Source: Flavipsychrobacter sp. (GTDB taxonomy: Bacteria > Bacteroidota > Bacteroidia > Chitinophagales > Chitinophagaceae). Taken from it: a stretch of DNA of 40,659 nt. Of this stretch, positions 35,245 to 40,659 are shown piece by piece. Position numbers and translations under genes: made by a program. The stretch covers positions 1 through 40,659 of the forward strand of contig JBIKSN010000001.1 in the NCBI GenBank assembly GCA_044348585.1, read 5' to 3'. Below the pieces are notes generated by a model. It was not told where the DNA came from. It searched no databases and saw only the letters and a list, made by a program, of their open reading frames with translations. Position 1 is the first letter of the stretch, and each line of letters starts with the position of its first letter.

Positions 35245-36351
35245 ATGAGATCGTTCCTTCTAATAATACCCTTGTTGGGCATCTGCGGTAGTTTGCTGGC
35301 GCAGGATGCAAAAGATAAAAAGAATGACTGGGAGGCGGAAGATCTTCACGGGAAGGTGAAGAGCATGACCATCCGCGGTTTCAAAGCATCGGCAGGGCTG
35401 CAGGGGTCTGTGCTGAAAGGAAGCCTGATACACACTACGGTAAAAAAGTATAATGACAACGGCTACTTGCTGGAGAGCACATCGAGCATAGGTGGGAACA
35501 AAATAGGCAACTATACCATGCCGTTCCGCTCGGCCAAGATCGTGTACAAGTACGATAAGTATAATAACCTGCTGAGCAGTTGCAGCTACAACACACAAGG
35601 GCAGTTGGAGGATTCATCGGTACATGAAGTGGATAAGCTGGGTAACCGTATCATTTGGAAGATATTTAAGGGTACCGGTGTGCAGGAGTGGGAGTATGTA
35701 TCCGAATATGACAACGGCGGCAACCTGCTGGAGGTGAATGATTATCATTGGAGCAAGCTCATCAGCCGTCATACATACAGGTACAACGACCGTGGCCAAT
35801 GCACCATGGAAAGCGAGTATGAACCGGATGGCCGCCTGATGATGAAAAAGATGAATCGTTTTGACGAGAACGGGCGTAAGGTTGAAACCACAGATTTTAA
35901 CGGAAGCGGAAATTATAACGCACGTCACACTTATGGATATAACGATTGGGGGAATGTCATAGATGAGCGGGAGTATAAAGAGGATGGCTCTGACAGACAC
36001 ACTAAGGTGCTGAAAGAATACGACAATCAGGACCATATGATAGAGCTGCGTCAGTATGACGAGGACGGCAAACTAATCTATATGGGTAAGTTCGACAAGT
36101 ACAATAATCACCTTGCGGATATTACCTACACACCTGACGGTAAGGTGAGGGAAAAGGTGACCGCGGAGTATAAGTACGACTCCTACGGCAATGAAATCGA
36201 AGAGTTGCTGCGGCTGGCCGAACGTGTACCGCCGATCAAGAGTGTCTATAAGTATGATTACGACTACATGGGCAACTGGATCAAGAAGACCGTTTTTGAA
36301 GATGGCGAGCCTGTGCGTACTACCGAACGCGACCTGCAGTATTACGATTGA
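35245..36351 (+). CDS. Secreted YD/RHS-like repeat protein (no toxin domain)
   Basis: Signal peptide ending SLLA|Q; LHGKVKSM, repeated Y.YD..GN hairpins, and C-terminal YDYMGNWIKK...TERDLQYYD. Confidence 0.75.
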   Translation: MRSFLLIIPLLGICGSLLAQDAKDKKNDWEAEDLHGKVKSMTIRGFKASAGLQGSVLKGSLIHTTVKKYNDNGYLLESTSSIGGNKIGNYTMPFRSAKIVYKYDKYNNLLSSCSYNTQGQLEDSSVHEVDKLGNRIIWKIFKGTGVQEWEYVSEYDNGGNLLEVNDYHWSKLISRHTYRYNDRGQCTMESEYEPDGRLMMKKMNRFDENGRKVETTDFNGSGNYNARHTYGYNDWGNVIDEREYKEDGSDRHTKVLKEYDNQDHMIELRQYDEDGKLIYMGKFDKYNNHLADITYTPDGKVREKVTAEYKYDSYGNEIEELLRLAERVPPIKSVYKYDYDYMGNWIKKTVFEDGEPVRTTERDLQYYD

Positions 36352-36388
36352 TCATTTCCTATTCTGAACCATATTCAAGAATGTAGTT

Positions 36389-36865
36389 ATGTTGCCTGCC
36401 AAGTGGGAGCTGCTTGCCAAAGAACACCAGAAAGCCTATAAGCGGCTGTTGGAAAAGGGCAATCGTAACAAGATGCTGAAGGAACTACCGCGCCTGCACG
36501 ACGAGGCTTTTGCGAAGATAGATTGTCTGGAATGTGCGCGATGCTGCAAAAACCATTCGCCCCGATTTAAGCAACCCGACATCAAGAGAATAGCCAAGGT
36601 GCTGCACATGAAGGAGGGCGACCTGGTGACCAACTATCTGAAATTGGACAGTGATGGCGACTATGTGACGCGGAGTTCTCCATGCCCCTTTCTTGCCGAC
36701 GACAATACCTGCAATATATATGACGACCGGCCAAGCGACTGTAGGAGGTATCCGTACACTGATGAAGATGTGTTGCTGAAGCGGGTGCAACTTACGCTTA
36801 AAAACGCCACTGTTTGCCCGGCAACATTTGCCGTGCTGGAGCGACTGCTGGAACTGGAAAAGTAA
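36389..36865 (+). CDS. YkgJ-family cysteine-cluster protein
   Basis: CLECARCC, CPFL...CNIYDDRPSDCRRYP and a further CP. Confidence 0.9.
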   Translation: MLPAKWELLAKEHQKAYKRLLEKGNRNKMLKELPRLHDEAFAKIDCLECARCCKNHSPRFKQPDIKRIAKVLHMKEGDLVTNYLKLDSDGDYVTRSSPCPFLADDNTCNIYDDRPSDCRRYPYTDEDVLLKRVQLTLKNATVCPATFAVLERLLELEK

Positions 36866-36868
36866 TAT

Positions 36869-37594
36869 TTATTCGTCGCCGATCAGGTCGCGTATCACAA
36901 CTGAAGACAATACCGCTCCGAATGTAGCCGGAAGGTAGGATATGGTGCCGTATGCCGACTTTTTGAAATTGGAGCCATCGGTCAGCATCAACGATTCTTT
37001 TATCGGTTCCTCGGGCGAGAAGGCTACCTTGATGCCTTTGCGGATGCCGCTGTCTTTAAGTTGTTTGCGGATCTGCTGCGCAAACGGACAGTTATAGGTT
37101 TTGGAAATATCTACCACCTGCAGTTTGGTAGGGTCCAGTTTAGCGCCTGCTCCCATGGAGCTAACAATCCTCAAACCTTTGGCGTAGGCCGCACGGATGA
37201 AGGTGAGCTTGGGCGTGATGCTGTCTATTGCGTCAACCACATAGTCGAAGTGGCCCTCCAGCAACGCATCAACTCTTTCCGGACGTACAAATTCTTTAAT
37301 GACGTGTAGTTTCAGTTCGGGGTTGATCTGCATGAGGCGGTCGCCCATCAGCTCGGCCTTGCTCATGCCGTGAGTAGTGGCCAGTGCGGGCAACTGGCGG
37401 TTGCGGTTGGTAGGGTCCACCACATCGCCGTCAATTATGGTCATCTCGCCAACCCCCGACCGACAAATGAACTCGGCTGCAAAAGAGCCTACACCTCCCA
37501 TGCCTACAACCAGCACATGTGCGTTGATCAGTTTATCGAGTTTCTCCTTGCCAATAAGTAGTTCGGTGCGCGAGAGCCATTTGGTATCCTTCAT
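36869..37594 (-). CDS. tcdA: tRNA threonylcarbamoyladenosine dehydratase (ThiF family)
   Basis: SRTELLIG, VGMGGVGS, DGDVVDPTNRNRQ, VVDAID, SSMGAGAK, DISKT..CP.A, GTISYLPATFG. Confidence 0.9.
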   Translation of the reverse strand: MKDTKWLSRTELLIGKEKLDKLINAHVLVVGMGGVGSFAAEFICRSGVGEMTIIDGDVVDPTNRNRQLPALATTHGMSKAELMGDRLMQINPELKLHVIKEFVRPERVDALLEGHFDYVVDAIDSITPKLTFIRAAYAKGLRIVSSMGAGAKLDPTKLQVVDISKTYNCPFAQQIRKQLKDSGIRKGIKVAFSPEEPIKESLMLTDGSNFKKSAYGTISYLPATFGAVLSSVVIRDLIGDE

Positions 37595-38235
37595 CGGTTG
37601 AAGACAGTTTTGAAGTTTTGACGTAGCTGCAAAATAACATCATCCTCGTCAGTTTCCCGAAGGGTTGCTGCCGTTGCATAAATATCTTGGATGGATAGGT
37701 CCGAATCATCGGTCTCAAGGAAGTACCTGTCTGCCGGAACCGACCTAATGGCCCGGGCCGCGGGTGAGCCGGTGGAGCGGAGCGCCTTGCCGAATGACAG
37801 GTAATAACCGTTATCGATAAGCCGGGAAGCCATGTTGTTTTTGTTGAATCCGTGAAAGATGACTGGTACTGACACTTTACTATTTTTCAGTGCGGCCATC
37901 ACTTCCTCCCACGCCCTTACACAATGTATGATGAGCGGCATACCTATGTTATTTGCCAGTTCGATCTGTAGTGTAAATGCACGGAGCTGGAGATCCCAAG
38001 CAGTGGAGCATACCTTGTCCAGGCCACATTCACCAATGGCAAGGACGTTAGGCTGCATGGCTACTTGCTGTAATGGACCAAGGTCTATTGACGCAGGCAG
38101 GTACCATGGGTGTAGCCCGGCACTGAACCAACCGGTTTCGGGAATGTTGTTGAAGTGCTCATACACGTTGACTATCCGCAACGCATGGGCAGTGGGGTGG
38201 GTGTCATGTGTGTGTATGTCAATATAGGTTTGCAA
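37591..38235 (-). CDS. TatD-family hydrolase
   Basis: IDIHTH, GLHPW, IGECGLD, IIHCVR, IFHGF, LETDD. TTG start; 4-nt overlap with tcdA. Confidence 0.92.
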   Translation of the reverse strand: MQTYIDIHTHDTHPTAHALRIVNVYEHFNNIPETGWFSAGLHPWYLPASIDLGPLQQVAMQPNVLAIGECGLDKVCSTAWDLQLRAFTLQIELANNIGMPLIIHCVRAWEEVMAALKNSKVSVPVIFHGFNKNNMASRLIDNGYYLSFGKALRSTGSPAARAIRSVPADRYFLETDDSDLSIQDIYATAATLRETDEDDVILQLRQNFKTVFNR

Positions 38236-38279
38236 TGATTGAAGTTACGTGGTCGATCTGAATAACAGGTTGTTGATTA

Positions 38280-40659
38280 TCAGAACTTTGCCGACAGGGT
38301 AATGTAGTAGTTCCTGATATCAGCAGGTATGATGCCCGGTCCCGGATATCCGTCGGCACGGCGGGTAAAGTATTTCGTGTCGGAGAGGTTGTTGATGCCG
38401 GTGTAGATGGCATATTTCCGCCAGTTGTAGCTGATACTGAGGTCCATAACGGTGAACGCCGGAATTGCCCCGTCAATTGCCGTAGGAGTGATCTCTGTGT
38501 TGGTAGCGTCGGAGTATTGTTTTGACTGGTAGGAAAGTTGCCACGAAACATTCCATCGTGGTGTGCCCGTAGATATACCTGTGCGGAACAGCACAGGCGG
38601 TACGTTCTCTACCAGTTTGTTGGCAATGGCCGTGTTGGTGGTGTTCACATATCTGGCGTCTATGAGCGAGAGGTTGGTGTAAACACCCAGTTTGTATTTC
38701 GACCTGCCTTCAGTGATGGCTTTGAGGATGTCTCCTTCCAGTAGAAATTCAAGTCCCCTGTTTCTACTGTCTGATACATTGGTGCGCAGGCGGTAGGTCA
38801 TGAAGTTGGAGTCGCGCGCGAATACGGAGCCTATGCGGTCGTTGTACTTGAGGTAGAACACACTCACATCTGCATACAACCAGCCCTTGTGGTTGCCGCG
38901 GAACCCGAGGTCGGTATTGTAGCCGGTCTCGTCTTTGAGGTTGGGGTCTACCCGGGCGTTGGTGTTCACTACACGCATATCGTTGAAGTTGATGGAGCGA
39001 TAGTTCTGAGATATGTTGCCATAGATCTCCATGCCGTTGGCAAATTTCCACGACGAACCAATGCCCAGCAGTACAAAGGAGCGAGGGTTTGAGCGGCTTT
39101 CTGCTATCTTGTCGGGCGCTATGAATATGTTCTGTTTGTAGTAGTAGCCATCTGCCTTAGTATCAATGAATTCGAAGCGGGCACCAGGGGTAATGTTCCA
39201 ATGTCGGTTGATCTGAAAGATGTTCTCGGCAAAGGCAGCATAGTTGAGGCCCGGAAAGCGGAAATCGGACTTGTCGGGTTCTATGCCGTTGAATGAGAAG
39301 TCTGCACCGGTGCTATTGCTTGCCGATCCCTGACTACGCAAGGTGAGTCCACGGTAATACCTTCCGCCCACGAGGAATGTACTACGTTCGTCGCTAATGA
39401 GTTTGTACTGATGTATGAAGCGGAGCTCTGAACCAAAGTTGTTGTATCGGTCGGTCAGCAGGTCGCGGTTGCCTCCGTTATCGGGCCGGTTTATGTAGTC
39501 CAGTATGCCCAGTGCTTCACGGCCGCCCTGCAGGGTGTAGTTGCGCCAGTTGATGCGGGTGTACTCGTTTATGTGGTAGTCGGCAGAAAGGCTGATGAGG
39601 TTCCAGTCGACCTTGAACCAGTTGCGTGCACGGTTCGACTGAGAAGGGTCGGCATCAAATTGTGCATCGGTGAGGCCGCCTGGCTGCTGCGCCAGGTATT
39701 TCATCAATGTATATTGTGCGGTGATCTTCAATCGGTTAGTGGGGCTATATGCAACATGGGCATAAGCATTGTGCTGGTCGTAGTGGCTATTCGGGCGCCA
39801 GCTGTTGCCGGTCTTGAACTGGTAAAATGTGTAGTAGTTGATCTTGCCCAACGAGCCGCCCAGGCTGTTGAATGAGTTGAAGAACCCCCACGAGCCGGCG
39901 GTCTGCCTGGTGGTGAATTCGGCCTTTTTGTCTTTGGGACCTTCCTTCATGACGAAGTTGACCAGTCCGCCGAACTGGGGACCATACTGTAAGCTGGCAG
40001 CTCCGCGGATGATCTCGATGCGATCCACTGCCTCGGATGACGGATTGTAATAGCTCTCGGGGTAGCCCAGGGCGTCAGCGCTGATGTCGTAGCCGTTCTG
40101 ACGAACATTAAAGTTGGAGGAGCGATTTGGGCTGAGGCCGCGACCGCCGATGCCCAACTGCAGACCGGCCCTGTCGTATTCCCAAATGTTCAGCCCCGGT
40201 ATGCGTGCGTATATCTGGCGGGTATTGTTGGTGGCGAGGTTTGCATTGATGTTTTTCAGATAGATGATCTCGGTTTTTTTGCCCGCATTGATGGCGGTGC
40301 CGGTCACATCTTTCATTCTGCCGGATGCCGCATCAGACTTTTTACCCGTCACGGTAACGCTTTTAAGTTCTCTTTGTTTTGGTTGTAATAAATTGATATC
40401 CAGTGATATGCTTTTGTTACTTACAGTAACTATGGTTGATTTTTCTGTGTTTTCCCCATACGTGGCAGTAACGGTATAGTTGCCGCCAGCTACCGCCGGA
40501 AAACGAAAAAAGCCATTCTCATCGGTCAGTCCTTTCTTGCCGCCGGGCTCAATAATAACCTTGGCACCGGTGACCACCTCGCTCCCAACACGGACATACC
40601 CCGATACATCTCCCTGAGCCAGAGCGGACGTAAACGATAGTAGTGCCAATATCAATTGA
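38280..40659 (-). CDS. TonB-dependent receptor (FecA-like) with N-terminal carboxypeptidase-regulatory-like domain; start probably just beyond the window edge
   Basis: TDENGFF, plug region RIPGLN...GIGGRGLSPNRS...DRIEIIRGAASLQYG...GGLVNF, and C-terminal GINNLSDTKY...RNYYITLSAKF. The frame is open to the window end. Confidence 0.93.
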   Translation of the reverse strand, partial: QLILALLSFTSALAQGDVSGYVRVGSEVVTGAKVIIEPGGKKGLTDENGFFRFPAVAGGNYTVTATYGENTEKSTIVTVSNKSISLDINLLQPKQRELKSVTVTGKKSDAASGRMKDVTGTAINAGKKTEIIYLKNINANLATNNTRQIYARIPGLNIWEYDRAGLQLGIGGRGLSPNRSSNFNVRQNGYDISADALGYPESYYNPSSEAVDRIEIIRGAASLQYGPQFGGLVNFVMKEGPKDKKAEFTTRQTAGSWGFFNSFNSLGGSLGKINYYTFYQFKTGNSWRPNSHYDQHNAYAHVAYSPTNRLKITAQYTLMKYLAQQPGGLTDAQFDADPSQSNRARNWFKVDWNLISLSADYHINEYTRINWRNYTLQGGREALGILDYINRPDNGGNRDLLTDRYNNFGSELRFIHQYKLISDERSTFLVGGRYYRGLTLRSQGSASNSTGADFSFNGIEPDKSDFRFPGLNYAAFAENIFQINRHWNITPGARFEFIDTKADGYYYKQNIFIAPDKIAESRSNPRSFVLLGIGSSWKFANGMEIYGNISQNYRSINFNDMRVVNTNARVDPNLKDETGYNTDLGFRGNHKGWLYADVSVFYLKYNDRIGSVFARDSNFMTYRLRTNVSDSRNRGLEFLLEGDILKAITEGRSKYKLGVYTNLSLIDARYVNTTNTAIANKLVENVPPVLFRTGISTGTPRWNVSWQLSYQSKQYSDATNTEITPTAIDGAIPAFTVMDLSISYNWRKYAIYTGINNLSDTKYFTRRADGYPGPGIIPADIRNYYITLSAKF

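Noticed and set aside
35245-36865. RHS toxin-immunity pair
   Set aside because: No RHS core end motif or toxin tip, and the downstream gene is a conserved YkgJ-family protein.

Overview
Chromosomal region of a Bacteroidota bacterium, probably Chitinophagaceae-like. This is inferred from TANNTTTG promoter boxes, the lptE-TPR-secG cluster and a T9SS C-terminal domain. Most of it is housekeeping: secA, holB, lptE, secG, an ABC-F ATPase, dnaE, hemL, rnhA, a YeiH exporter, a YkgJ Cys-cluster protein, tcdA, TatD, plus a truncated MFS transporter and a truncated TonB-dependent receptor at the edges. The stand-out is a 12.65-kb gene for a 4217-aa T9SS-secreted surface protein. It has a beta-solenoid-like N-terminal half built from exact 353-aa and 155-aa blocks, then a stalk of 21 Ig-like repeats. 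The cysteine pattern of those repeats suggests disulfide staples between neighbouring domains, and their sequences show a nested 5/10-repeat periodicity. A possible structured RNA lies in the 650-bp region upstream of this gene. An 840-bp intergenic region downstream of dnaE is a mosaic of small elements: two 59-bp REP-like hairpin repeats, a helically phased TGCGCA array and other degenerate motifs. I saw no transposase, integrase, CRISPR array, rRNA or tRNA. All family calls come from recognising motifs by eye; no searches were run.
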